A DNA stretch of 63,745 nucleotides, counting the filler, from an uncultured Methylococcales bacterium (GTDB taxonomy: Bacteria > Pseudomonadota > Gammaproteobacteria > Methylococcales > G963664935): NCBI GenBank assembly GCA_964653275.1. It is 3 parts of 3 records of this genome, joined end to end, with 100 filler letters (N's around TTAATTAATTAA, not from the genome) between each part and the next. Parts side by side here need not be neighbours in the genome. Positions count along the whole stretch, not along the records: positions 1 to 22,294 come from CAZZET010000060.1; 2 more parts are not named here. One strand, 5' to 3'. A program made the translations under genes and the position numbers. Below, one piece after another: positions 1 to 9,583 of the stretch. Under the pieces are notes generated by a model that was not told the DNA's origin, searched no databases, and was given only the letters and a program-made list of their open reading frames with translations. Position 1 is the first letter of the stretch, and the number at the start of each line of letters is the position of its first letter.

Positions 1-1
1 G

Positions 2-439
2 GCTACTACCCGCGCAACGTTGACTTTAATTCATTTGATAGGTATCGACGCCACTCGGAGTGGAATGTTTGTCAGTCACCCAGATGGTTTCGTTTACCAA
101 ATCACCTACCGATGTACCGGCATTATTCCGGCAACCGTATTTTGTGTGTGGGTCCTTGTGTTTCCGAAAGTACCGTTTCGTTTAAAACTTGTGGGATTTG
201 GAATTGGACTACCTATATTGGCAGCTTTCAACCTGCTACGGCTTGTACACTTGTTTTACGTAGGTATATATTCCACTTCGTCATTCGACCTTGCCCACGA
301 AGTCATATGGCAAAGTTTAATTGTTCTACAAATTGTTGGATTGTGTTTGGGCTGGGCGTTATGGTCTGTTAGCCAGCAGCAAAAATACCATTTACTCTCT
401 GAAGCTCCCACGTCAAAGTTTGGTTATTTGTCACCCTGA
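2..439 (+). CDS. Exosortase/archaeosortase family protein (XrtH-like), 5'-truncated by the window edge
   Basis: Hydrophobic protein with the catalytic triad pattern Cys (YRCTG), Arg (FNLLRL), His (LAHEVIWQ); frame is open from position 2. Confidence 0.8.
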   Translation, partial: ATTRATLTLIHLIGIDATRSGMFVSHPDGFVYQITYRCTGIIPATVFCVWVLVFPKVPFRLKLVGFGIGLPILAAFNLLRLVHLFYVGIYSTSSFDLAHEVIWQSLIVLQIVGLCLGWALWSVSQQQKYHLLSEAPTSKFGYLSP

Positions 440-484
440 TGGATCAATCATTATGTTTTTCATTAAGACTCCATCCACTTCATC

Positions 485-979
485 ATGAATAAAAAAGAAA
501 CTGTGTCGGTCTTGTTCGTCTGCATGGGTAATATTTGCCGTTCACCGATGGCTGAGGGGGTATTCCGTACATTAATCGAAAAACTGCATTTGACCGATAA
601 GATCTGGACAGATTCTGCTGGCACCCATGCCTATCACGTAGGCGAAGCGCCCGACACGCGCGCTCAAAGTACGATGCGGGAAAATTCTATAGATATTAGT
701 CCGCTCAGAGCACGTCAAATCGATTGGGTTGACTTCGAAAATTTCGACCATATTTTGGTCATGGATGATTCCAATTTTAATCTGATTATGGAATCGTGTC
801 CTAAGGAATATCGGTCAAAAGTCAAATATTTGCTCGATTTCGCACCACACTTGAATACCCGCAATGTCCCCGATCCCTACTACGGTGGAAATAACGGTTT
901 TAAGCGCATTTTTGATATGATTGAAGCTTCAGCTACCGGATTTCTGAACGAAATTAACCCATGCAATAGCTACAAGTAA
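485..979 (+). CDS. ptpA: Low molecular weight protein-tyrosine phosphatase
   Basis: VCMGNICRS P-loop, DSAGT and DPYYG motifs. Confidence 0.95.
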   Translation: MNKKETVSVLFVCMGNICRSPMAEGVFRTLIEKLHLTDKIWTDSAGTHAYHVGEAPDTRAQSTMRENSIDISPLRARQIDWVDFENFDHILVMDDSNFNLIMESCPKEYRSKVKYLLDFAPHLNTRNVPDPYYGGNNGFKRIFDMIEASATGFLNEINPCNSYK

Positions 980-1011
980 GTAATGCATGAATATGTACGC
1001 GAATCGGTAAT

Positions 1012-1046
1012 AAAAACCGGGAAGGGGGGACTCAAGCCCCCTTCCC
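1012..1046 (-). terminator. Rho-independent terminator (minus strand)
   Basis: 10-bp stem gggaaggggg/cccccttccc (1019-1028/1037-1046) followed on the minus strand by ggttttta. Confidence 0.75.
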
Positions 1047-1074
1047 TATCCTCAGCTAGGAGGAAGTGATGAGC
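1012..1074 (-). ncRNA. Candidate ~63-nt small RNA
   Basis: Extended -10 (TGcTAATAT, 1081-1089), -35-like TTGTAT (1103-1108), CUUCCUCCU tract and a terminator, all on the minus strand. Confidence 0.4.
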
Positions 1075-1106
1075 AAACTAATATTAGCACTCCCAAGCAT
1101 TAATAC

Positions 1107-1127
1107 AATGCGACATTTTGTCGCATT
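1107..1127. promoter_or_regulatory. Palindromic operator resembling a RegA/RegR/RoxR box
   Basis: aatGCGACattttGTCGCatt; GCGAC-N5-GTCGC core with 9-bp inverted arms. Confidence 0.45.
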
Positions 1128-1145
1128 TCGAATGTCCGTTATAAT

Positions 1146-2159
1146 TTAAACATAAAGGCTGAGGACACCTTCTGATGTTAAAATTTCCTCGTCGCTAATA
1201 TTGCCACTCGTTTTTATATTCTCGGCGATATCATCGGTGGATGAAGGTGTAAATTGTTCGTCAAAAAATTGCCGATTTGAGTTTGTTCCGCCATGACTGC
1301 CGAACGAGTGCTGATCAACGAACACATCTTTTAGTTCAATTTGTTGGGCTCCCAGCATCTCTCGCAACCTTGGGATAGTGGATTCTAAAACTTCTCTGAC
1401 TTGTGCATTTTGTGAAGAAAAAGCGATATTGGTTTGATCCTGTAGGGCGTGAACTTTGACTTCTATCGTTCCTAGATTCGGAGGGTTTAACCGTAACTCT
1501 GCAAACGAATGCGATTTATTGATCAACCAAATGATCCGATCTCCAAATTCGTGATTCCAATTAGGTTGCCCAAATGGCTTTGATAGTTGTGTGATATGTA
1601 TTTTGTTTTCAGATAGAGGCGCATTGCCTGAAATATTTTCTCGATTAAACCCTGCACTCTCGATCACCGTATCCAGAGGCTTTCCAGTAAAATTCTTGAT
1701 TTCGTCTGCGACTAAACTGAATTTTTCAGTCAATACCGTGCTCGGATTCGATTTTATTTCTATGGAATCTATGGAATGTCGTGGATTATATTCCGAAGGT
1801 AGCTGAGGTTGTTTTTGCAAATCAAAAGTTTCACCTGGATTCTCTGTTTGTGGTACAGAAAAATTTATTGGGTAAATTAACGACCCTACTGAATCATCGT
1901 TCGGAAGTTGCCGGTAAATTTCTGCCGGTAGAGGCGAGATTATTCCTCCCTCCTCCAAAAAAGAAGTTATATCTTCCTCAAGGGCTCCAATATCATTTCC
2001 AGGCGAAATAAGTTTTTCTGCAAGTGCACCAAACTGAATGGCTAGCGCATTTACGAATTCGGAATCCTCGCTTACTTTGAAATTACCACTGGTTGGAGAT
2101 GATTCAGTTTCGCCTGACGTAGACAACAAATGACCGAAATTTAAGAATTTCACTTCCAC
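1146..2159 (-). CDS. fliK: Flagellar hook-length control protein
   Basis: C-terminal Flg_hook domain (AELRLNPPNLGTIEV...IPRLREML); follows fliJ; GTG start chosen by GGAG RBS (ORF extends to 2201). Confidence 0.88.
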   Translation of the reverse strand: MEVKFLNFGHLLSTSGETESSPTSGNFKVSEDSEFVNALAIQFGALAEKLISPGNDIGALEEDITSFLEEGGIISPLPAEIYRQLPNDDSVGSLIYPINFSVPQTENPGETFDLQKQPQLPSEYNPRHSIDSIEIKSNPSTVLTEKFSLVADEIKNFTGKPLDTVIESAGFNRENISGNAPLSENKIHITQLSKPFGQPNWNHEFGDRIIWLINKSHSFAELRLNPPNLGTIEVKVHALQDQTNIAFSSQNAQVREVLESTIPRLREMLGAQQIELKDVFVDQHSFGSHGGTNSNRQFFDEQFTPSSTDDIAENIKTSGNISDEEILTSEGVLSLYV

Positions 2160-2254
2160 AACTTGTGCTCCACCAACAATTATGAGAATGAGGGTGCACA
2201 ATTCGTACCCTAAATTTTTATTTCTTCACTGGATAAATTTGGTGACAATTTCCC

Positions 2255-2686
2255 TCACCGGTTTTTTCGCTTAGTTCGGTCATCGATTTCTGCTTGTTCT
2301 CGTATTTCTCTTTCCCGCAATTCCAAAGCAACGACTTTATCCATTAACTTCGTGTAGCTGTTCTTTTCTGCACGGGTACTAGCCCAATCACTTTTAGATT
2401 GAATCAGATCTCTATTGGCATATTCAACGGCCTGTTCTTGTTGCTTGATTGCCTCATTTAATTTTTCCAAAAACACATGGTATTGCACAAATTGTTTGCC
2501 ATTAAGAGGCTCCAAGACAATGATCGAATATTGGGAATCATACTCTTCGCGATATCGCTGCAAATCCTTTAGTTTCTTTTGTTCTGTAAGAGTTTTTCTC
2601 CGTTTTAGCCCAACGTCACCGATTGCAACCCGCTCTTTTTGTGAAGCAATATCAACTATTTTACTAATCCGCTTTGAATTCTTCAT
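2255..2686 (-). CDS. fliJ: Flagellar export protein FliJ
   Basis: 143-aa coiled coil (LQRYREEY, FLEKLNEAIKQQ, REQAEIDD) between fliI and fliK. Confidence 0.9.
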   Translation of the reverse strand: MKNSKRISKIVDIASQKERVAIGDVGLKRRKTLTEQKKLKDLQRYREEYDSQYSIIVLEPLNGKQFVQYHVFLEKLNEAIKQQEQAVEYANRDLIQSKSDWASTRAEKNSYTKLMDKVVALELREREIREQAEIDDRTKRKNR

Positions 2687-2708
2687 GGTTTATAGCAGTC
2701 AGAGTAAA

Positions 2709-2743
2709 GAGGCTATCCAAGAATAGAGAGCCTACTGCGGGAA
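2709..2743 (+). mobile_element. Degenerate left end of the MITE family seen intact at 54030-54196
   Basis: gaggctatccaagaatagagagcctactgcgggaa matches 54034-54068 at 30/35 positions. Confidence 0.65.
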
Positions 2744-2855
2744 CGTGACCCTAACATTACGTTTTGAGCGTTTTATAATCGTAATGTGTTAGACCAATTG
2801 GTAAAAGATATAGGTTAAGTAATAAAACAACACTAAATCTTATTGGGGAATCATC

Positions 2856-4214
2856 CTATTCCAAGGTTGATAAAAGCTCTTCGAGCTGGTTCATACCCGA
2901 ATCGAAATCAACATGTTCCTCCAGATCCTGTTGTAGAAAAAAAAGTATTTCATCACGCATGGCAATCGCTTCATCGATTTTTGGATCGGCCCCAGCATCA
3001 TAGGCCCCGACACTAATTAAATCACGATTTTGTTGGTATACAGAGTAAAGCTGCCTAAGCCTTCGTGCACGTTGTAAATGTGTTTGGCCCACGATGTCAG
3101 TCATTGATCGACTGACCGACGATTCAATGTCTATTGCAGGAAAATGTCCAGTTTCCGCCAATTCACGCGATAAATTAATATGTCCATCCAAAATAGCCTT
3201 AGCAGCCTCTGCAATGGGATCCTGTTGATCATCTCCTTCGGTTAATATGGTGTAGAGCGCTGTAATCGACCCTTGGCCCTCAATACCATTTCCTGCCCGT
3301 TCTATAAGATGAGGAAGCTTTGCGAATACCGATGGTGGATATCCTTTAGTGGCAGGTGGTTCATCAATCGCCAAAGCGATTTCCCTTTGTGCCTGGGCAA
3401 AACGGGTCAGTGAGTCCATCAGTAATAGCACATCTAAGCCCTGATTACGGAAATATTCCGCCACACTAGTCGCAAGCAAAGCGCCATGTATACGCATTAA
3501 TGGCGGACAATCAGCCGGACTCGCGACAACAACAGCCCTATTCAACCCCTCTTCTCCAAGGATTTTATTCACAAATTCATTGACTTCTCTTCCCCGTTCG
3601 CCAATCAATCCCACAACTATCACATCGGCAGTGGTATAACGTGTCATCATCCCTAATAACACGCTTTTCCCTACCCCGCTTCCAGCAAATAAGCCCATTC
3701 TTTGGCCACGACCTATCGTCGTGAGTGTATTTATTGCCGTGACACCAACATCTAAAGGTTCTCTGATGGGTTGTCTTGCCAATGGATTAATCGACGATCC
3801 ATTCAATGGGAGCGTGGTTTCATACTGAATGGGTCCCTTCCCATCCAATGGGGAACCGGAGCCGTCCATTACTCTGCCTAGGAGTTGTGAGCCAACTTTA
3901 GCAGCACAAACCCGATGGGTGGGAATCACTCTGCAGTCTTGCTCAAGGCCACGGATATCGCCAATGGGCATCAGATACAAGCGTTCACCCGAAAAACCAA
4001 CAACCTCTGCTTCCACTCGATTACCATTAGGAACCTCTACGATACAACGACTACCGATGGCAGACCGGCATCCCACTGCTTCGAGCGTAAGCCCCACCAT
4101 TCGTGATAGCTTCCCTTCTACAAGAATATTTGTTTCAGAATGCAGCCGATTTCGATACTTTTTGAGCCTTTCTAACCAAATAGGGTTTCGATTAGCCTCC
4201 GTGAGTTTTGACAC
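2856..4214 (-). CDS. fliI: Flagellar export ATPase
   Basis: Walker A AGSGVGKS, LIGERGREV, LLLMDSLTR, GYPPSVF. Confidence 0.97.
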   Translation of the reverse strand: MSKLTEANRNPIWLERLKKYRNRLHSETNILVEGKLSRMVGLTLEAVGCRSAIGSRCIVEVPNGNRVEAEVVGFSGERLYLMPIGDIRGLEQDCRVIPTHRVCAAKVGSQLLGRVMDGSGSPLDGKGPIQYETTLPLNGSSINPLARQPIREPLDVGVTAINTLTTIGRGQRMGLFAGSGVGKSVLLGMMTRYTTADVIVVGLIGERGREVNEFVNKILGEEGLNRAVVVASPADCPPLMRIHGALLATSVAEYFRNQGLDVLLLMDSLTRFAQAQREIALAIDEPPATKGYPPSVFAKLPHLIERAGNGIEGQGSITALYTILTEGDDQQDPIAEAAKAILDGHINLSRELAETGHFPAIDIESSVSRSMTDIVGQTHLQRARRLRQLYSVYQQNRDLISVGAYDAGADPKIDEAIAMRDEILFFLQQDLEEHVDFDSGMNQLEELLSTLE

Positions 4215-4218
4215 TATG

Positions 4219-4932
4219 TTAGTTTTCTAATTTTTCTTCCTTACCTTCGCCGTACACAGAAGAAATTGCGGCCGCCAAACGTTTTTCGATCGTCGCGTCG
4301 ATTCGTGAATTTTGTGTATCTATTTTGCATCCACCACGCATTAACGAAGGCTCTTCAATAATTGTCCAATCACATTCCACATCATCCGATACTAAGCCGG
4401 ATCGAATTAATTCAGCATCTTCCGGATGTAAATGCAACCGTATTCTCCGAGAATTGGCAGGTAACAAATGCATAGCTTTTTTAACCAATGTGGCCACCTG
4501 CTGGGAGTTCATTGTTAACTCCACGTCTACAATGTGTCGGGCAATAGCAATGGCTAAAACCACAAGTTCTTCTTCCACTTGATCGTCCAAATCATTAAGC
4601 GGATGCTCAAGCGACTCAATAAGTTGACTCCATTTTGCAAGGGCATTTTTAATGTCACCTTTCGCTTCTGCATAACCTTTGTCGTAACCCTTTTTTCTTG
4701 CTTCTTCAAAACCCTTAGTATAACCCGCCTTATGGCCTTGTTCAGCGGCTTCATCAAAAGCTTGCTGCTGCATTTCCTCAATGTCTTCCACGGTCATTCC
4801 TCGAACCGATCTAGAGTCTACGCTTTTAACATGCATTGCCGTCGACCTATCACTTTCAGAAATATCAGGCAATGCCCAGCGCTGAATCTCCTGCAGCTCT
4901 GATTTTGAAAATGGATCAGACGAGTTCGTCAC
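4219..4932 (-). CDS. fliH: Flagellar assembly protein FliH
   Basis: GxxxG repeats, LHLHPED, RGGCKI; likely GTG start at 4932 overlapping the fliG end. Confidence 0.93.
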   Translation of the reverse strand: MTNSSDPFSKSELQEIQRWALPDISESDRSTAMHVKSVDSRSVRGMTVEDIEEMQQQAFDEAAEQGHKAGYTKGFEEARKKGYDKGYAEAKGDIKNALAKWSQLIESLEHPLNDLDDQVEEELVVLAIAIARHIVDVELTMNSQQVATLVKKAMHLLPANSRRIRLHLHPEDAELIRSGLVSDDVECDWTIIEEPSLMRGGCKIDTQNSRIDATIEKRLAAAISSVYGEGKEEKLEN

Positions 4933-5932
4933 TGCTTCCTCCACCCAAACTAATTTCACCAGCCTCTTCAAGTCGACGAGCAATCGCTACGATTTCTTTC
5001 TGAGAAGTCTCTACATCACTGAGTTTCGCTGGCGCTGCAGCCTCCAGATCATCACGCAACATTTCCGCTGCACGCTTGGACATGTTTTCAAATATCTTCT
5101 CTTTTAGAACATCTTCAGCACCACGCAGAGCCAACAACAAGGCATCGGTAGAAATTTCTCGCAGAAGGGTTTGAATTCCCCGATCATCTACGCTAGCAAG
5201 GTCTCCAAAGACAAACATTTTGTCCTGAAGCTCTTGCGCTAAGTCACCATCATTCTCATTGATATGCTCCATAATCTTCGATTCCATGGAGACGTCTAAA
5301 AAGTTAAGGATATTCGCCGCTGTATCCACACCCCCAAGGGCAGACGATTTGGCATTGGCACTTCCACTAAGCTGTTTTTCCATAATGGCATCCAACTCTC
5401 GCAATGCAGCAGGCTGCACAGACTCCAAAGCTGCAACCCGCATGATGATATCCGATCGCATATTTTCGGGGAGATAGGATAAAACTTCCGCAGATTGGTC
5501 GTGGTCTAGTAAAGAGACAAGAATGGTTATTATTTGAGGATGTTCCAACCGGATCAGATCAGCAATAGCCCTGGGATCCATCCACTTGAGTTGTTCGATG
5601 CCTTGGCTGTTACGTCCAAGTAGAATGCGATCAATTACACTGCCTGCTTTATCCGAGCCTAATGCGTCCGTCAGAACATTTCGGATATAGTCATCAGAAT
5701 CGACACCAAATGCTGTGTGCTTTTGAACCGTTTGAACAAATGATTTGAATGCACCGTTCACGTTATCCGAGGTAATATTTGACAAGCTCGCCATTGTCGC
5801 GCCTACCGCTTGAACTTCCTTCGGCCCCATATGTTTAAGAACTTGAGCCGCACGCTCTTCTCCTAGAGCAAGCAACATTACTGCCGCTTGCTCAATACTG
5901 TTCATATCATTATTTTCTTCGCCTTCAGCCAC
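4916..5932 (-). CDS. fliG: Flagellar motor switch protein FliG
   Basis: EHPQ, MFVFGDL and NMSKRAAEMLRDD motifs. Confidence 0.97.
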   Translation of the reverse strand: MAEGEENNDMNSIEQAAVMLLALGEERAAQVLKHMGPKEVQAVGATMASLSNITSDNVNGAFKSFVQTVQKHTAFGVDSDDYIRNVLTDALGSDKAGSVIDRILLGRNSQGIEQLKWMDPRAIADLIRLEHPQIITILVSLLDHDQSAEVLSYLPENMRSDIIMRVAALESVQPAALRELDAIMEKQLSGSANAKSSALGGVDTAANILNFLDVSMESKIMEHINENDGDLAQELQDKMFVFGDLASVDDRGIQTLLREISTDALLLALRGAEDVLKEKIFENMSKRAAEMLRDDLEAAAPAKLSDVETSQKEIVAIARRLEEAGEISLGGGSSDELV

Positions 5933-7643
5933 CTTCTTGAACCCAGTTTTTTATAACCTGCGCCACCCGTTTTGGATCTTTATCAACCATGTTTTGAGCG
6001 AATTCAAGGCGCGTTTCATGACCCTGTGGAGCTTCGAGTAGCAAAGGCTCACCATCTGCAGTTAATGCAGTCTGTCCAACTTCACCCAGACCACTGGATC
6101 CAGGTGGTAAAGCTTTAACATGACTATTGCTTAATGTTTCTTGTTCTTCGCGTATTTGTTGCTCGAGTTTTTCTTTCCCTATCAGCGCTTTCATCGCTGG
6201 CCGAAAAAAGCCAAAAACCAACGCCAACACAACAAACAACGCAATCAAATTTTTTGATAGCGCCTGAAACCAGAGCTGTTCCCATATCGGTATTTCAGGT
6301 AAGGGCTCTAAACGATCAGGTTGTTTAAAGGCCACGTTTGTCACCGTAACTTGATCTCCCCTAGTGATATCGAATCCTACCGCTTGCTTAACCAGCTCGG
6401 TAAAGCGTATCATCTCTTCCTGCGAATAAGGTTTGGTAGTTACCGTCCCGCCATCCTGAATAGTCTGTGGATTATCTATGACAACAGCAACTGCCAATCT
6501 ACGTAGATTTCCTGTCGACAATTTCGAATGACTAATCGTTTTATCAAGTTCGTAGTTCCGCACCGTGTTCTGACTAGAATTCTGCGGATCGCCCCCAGTC
6601 TGTTGAACGTCGCTGACAACCGCTTCGGGTGCTGTACCAGTAGCCGGAGGTTGATTAGATAATGCTCCTGGAACACCTTGTGCCACCGACAGTCTATTCT
6701 GTTCTGTTTGAACTTGCTCACTCCGCAACGCTGGAAGATCAGGATTGTACTGTTCGTGGGTACGTTCTGTCGTAGTAAAATCAATATCTGCGGTAATTTG
6801 AGTCCTTATTGCTTCACTGCCGACCAGAGGAGTCAATATATTCTCAACCCGGTTGATCAAATGTTCTTCCACCTGCGTCTTGTACTCGAATTGTTTATTC
6901 GAAAAAGATAGTTCGTCATTATTCTGATTGCTACTTAACAAATTGCCTCTTTGATCGACGACAGTAACCTGCTGGGCTTCAAGTTCCGGTACACTGGAAG
7001 CGACTAGATGAACAATTGCCTCAACTTGACCCTTTTCCAAATAACGACCCGCATACAAATCCAATATAACTGAAGCGCTAGACTTTTTCCTTTTCCTGAG
7101 AAAAATTGTTTGTTTTGGTAAAGCTAAGTGCACCCTAACCGATTTGATATTTTGGACCACCATTATCGAACGAGCGATTTCCCCCTCCAATGCCCTTTGA
7201 TATCGCGCTGTCTCCCGAGTTTGGCTCACACCAAAACCAGAACCTTTCTCCATTAAATCAAAACTCGCATTTTTACTCTTTGGGAGTCCCTGGGCCGATA
7301 GTTTCATACGTACTTTATGAATTTCATTTTGAGGTACTAGAATAGCGCCATTGGAAGATTCTACTTTATAGTCAACACTCAATTTGTCCAATGCATCCAG
7401 TAATTCCCCTGCTTCTTGATCACTAACACTTGCATAAAGCAATGCATAGTCCGGAGCCTGTGACCACAATGCTGCAGCAACACCTATGGCGACTGCAACG
7501 GCCAAACCAATAATTACTCCAACCTGGCGCGCCATGGAAAGTCGCGCAGCCCCTCTAACTGCCGGATGTAGGCGATCTCCTTCAAGCAGTTGTTTATTTT
7601 CGCTTTTTACAACGTTGTTGCCGTCAGTATCACTAAGTTCCAT
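5925..7643 (-). CDS. fliF: Flagellar M-ring protein
   Basis: Two TM segments, RALEGEIARSI, VRVHLALP, GVPGALSNQPP, NYELDK. Confidence 0.97.
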   Translation of the reverse strand: MELSDTDGNNVVKSENKQLLEGDRLHPAVRGAARLSMARQVGVIIGLAVAVAIGVAAALWSQAPDYALLYASVSDQEAGELLDALDKLSVDYKVESSNGAILVPQNEIHKVRMKLSAQGLPKSKNASFDLMEKGSGFGVSQTRETARYQRALEGEIARSIMVVQNIKSVRVHLALPKQTIFLRKRKKSSASVILDLYAGRYLEKGQVEAIVHLVASSVPELEAQQVTVVDQRGNLLSSNQNNDELSFSNKQFEYKTQVEEHLINRVENILTPLVGSEAIRTQITADIDFTTTERTHEQYNPDLPALRSEQVQTEQNRLSVAQGVPGALSNQPPATGTAPEAVVSDVQQTGGDPQNSSQNTVRNYELDKTISHSKLSTGNLRRLAVAVVIDNPQTIQDGGTVTTKPYSQEEMIRFTELVKQAVGFDITRGDQVTVTNVAFKQPDRLEPLPEIPIWEQLWFQALSKNLIALFVVLALVFGFFRPAMKALIGKEKLEQQIREEQETLSNSHVKALPPGSSGLGEVGQTALTADGEPLLLEAPQGHETRLEFAQNMVDKDPKRVAQVIKNWVQEGG

Positions 7644-7709
7644 TAAATAATCGTCCTACTATAATAAAGGATCGCCTTTTTCTCGGCGGTTTTCAAAATG
7701 AATCACATT

Positions 7710-7872
7710 CAGACTGTCTGTAGGATGGGATTCTGATACAGAATCACTAATTTTGGCCCATTTACCCGATTGAGTTTGCTTTATGCATTAAACGTTCGTC
7801 TCATTGAATCGCAAAAATGGCCTCACAAAGGCTTTTCCTCGCCACGAGGTCATTTCTCCCATGGTCTCCTAG
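7710..7872. mobile_element. Degenerate MITE-like element between fliE and fliF
   Basis: 3' end ttttcctcgccacgaggtcatttctcccatggtctcCTAG resembles the right end of the 54030-54196 element (tttccctcgctacggttcctattctcggacagcctcCTAG); similar length. Confidence 0.45.
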
Positions 7873-7874
7873 GT

Positions 7875-8186
7875 TCACATGGGCATATTCATAACCTCTT
7901 GGTAGGCATCTACCAACTTATTGCGCACCCGCAACATGGACTCAAATGAAATACTGGCTTTTTCTAACGAAACCATTACCTCTGATAAATCAGCATCGGT
8001 ATTTCCAGTCTCAAAGGCTTTCGCCAATTCTCCCGCCTGCATTTGAGTCTCGTTAACTTTGTCAATCGAATCTTTAAGCATTTGCGAAAAATCTGTATTA
8101 GCAGTGTGTTCGGGACGCGTATTGCTCGATTGTGCCGCAACAAGCCGCATTTGTGCCAAAACATTTTCTATATCAACGTTGTTCAT
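7875..8186 (-). CDS. fliE: Flagellar hook-basal body protein FliE
   Basis: DFSQMLKDSIDKVN...VRNKLVDAYQEVMNM. Confidence 0.95.
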   Translation of the reverse strand: MNNVDIENVLAQMRLVAAQSSNTRPEHTANTDFSQMLKDSIDKVNETQMQAGELAKAFETGNTDADLSEVMVSLEKASISFESMLRVRNKLVDAYQEVMNMPM

Positions 8187-8242
8187 AATTCATTTCTGGT
8201 TTAAAAATAAACGGGAGTTTGCTCAATCAGATACGCTCACTC

Positions 8243-9583
8243 TCAACAAGGCAGTGCCACTCCATCCTCGCGTATTCGAGCAATTTTGTACCTCAGTGTT
8301 CGAGGACTGATACCAAGGCGTTGGGCCGTAGATTTACGGCTCCCTTTTTCTTCAATGAGTGTCTGTAAGATGATTTGATCCTCCATCGACCTCAGATTGT
8401 CATCCAATTTGTTCGTTGTTTCGTCCGAATCCCCCTCGATTGCATCAGCACAGATATTCGCTGTATCTTCCAACACGATATCATCGATTGAAATGGTCTT
8501 GCCCGTACAAATAATTAAAGCTCTTTGCACCACATTTTCTAGCTCCCGGATATTTCCAGGCCAGTGGTATTTCAACAGCAAATTGATCGCCTTTGAATCG
8601 AAATCAGGAAGACCTTCACCGGTTGGCGAATATTTCCGTACAAAACTTTTTGCTATGGGAATAATATCCGAACATCGCTCTCTTAATGGCGGTATACGCA
8701 GTGGAAACACATTTAATCGGTAAAATAGATCTTCACGAAAACACCCTTTTGCAACTTGTGTATTCAAATTTAAATTGGTTGTTGCCAATACACGGACATC
8801 AAGCTTTATCACTTTGTGGCCACCCAGCCGCTCGACCTCCTTTTCCTGGAGAACACGCAATATTTTTGCTTGTAAAGCCAAGTCCATTTCGGAAATTTCA
8901 TCGAGCAGCAGCGTACCTTTTTGGGCCAATTCAAATTTCCCTGGCGTGGATTGATGCGCACCGGTAAAAGCGCCTTTCTCATACCCAAATAATGTCGCTT
9001 CCAACATATTTTCGGGGATTGCTGCACAATTTATCGCCAGAAAAGGGCCTAAGTTTCGATTGGAACATTGATGGATATGACGAGCGATTATCTCTTTACC
9101 AGTTCCACTCTCGCCCTGGATTAATACCGTCACATCTGATTTTGATACTCGAGCCGCTAAATCGAACAATTTTTGCATTTTGACATCACTGACAATGAAA
9201 TTTTTAGGCAAATCGTCAGATATCAATAAATTCTGGTGCACTTGCTGAATCAGAGTATCCGCCTCAAAAGGTTTAACCAGATAATCAATCGCACCTGCCT
9301 GAATTGCTTCTACCGCCCGTTCTATCGTGCCATACGCAGTAATCAAAAGTACTGGGAGTTCTGGCCTTTGAGCTTTAATCTTAGAAAGTAGTGTCAATCC
9401 ATCCATTTTTTCCATATTGACGTCACTAATCACCATCCCAAATGATTGTGCCGAAATTTGCTTTAATGCATCAACACCATTGGTCGCTGATGTAGCGTGG
9501 AATCCTGCTAAATCCAAAGTATCGCAAAGCGCAGATGAAAGTGCTGCATCGTCTTCTACAATCAATATATTTGACTTTTCCAT
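8243..9583 (-). CDS. fleR: Sigma-54 dependent response regulator FleR/FlrC
   Basis: REC + AAA+ (GESGTGKE, GAFTGA) + Fis HTH; sits between fleS and fliE. Confidence 0.92.
   Translation of the reverse strand: MEKSNILIVEDDAALSSALCDTLDLAGFHATSATNGVDALKQISAQSFGMVISDVNMEKMDGLTLLSKIKAQRPELPVLLITAYGTIERAVEAIQAGAIDYLVKPFEADTLIQQVHQNLLISDDLPKNFIVSDVKMQKLFDLAARVSKSDVTVLIQGESGTGKEIIARHIHQCSNRNLGPFLAINCAAIPENMLEATLFGYEKGAFTGAHQSTPGKFELAQKGTLLLDEISEMDLALQAKILRVLQEKEVERLGGHKVIKLDVRVLATTNLNLNTQVAKGCFREDLFYRLNVFPLRIPPLRERCSDIIPIAKSFVRKYSPTGEGLPDFDSKAINLLLKYHWPGNIRELENVVQRALIICTGKTISIDDIVLEDTANICADAIEGDSDETTNKLDDNLRSMEDQIILQTLIEEKGSRKSTAQRLGISPRTLRYKIARIREDGVALPC

Noticed and set aside
8244..8260. TGGCAC near the fleR stop as a sigma-54 promoter for fliE
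   Set aside because: The -12 GC is absent at the required spacing.
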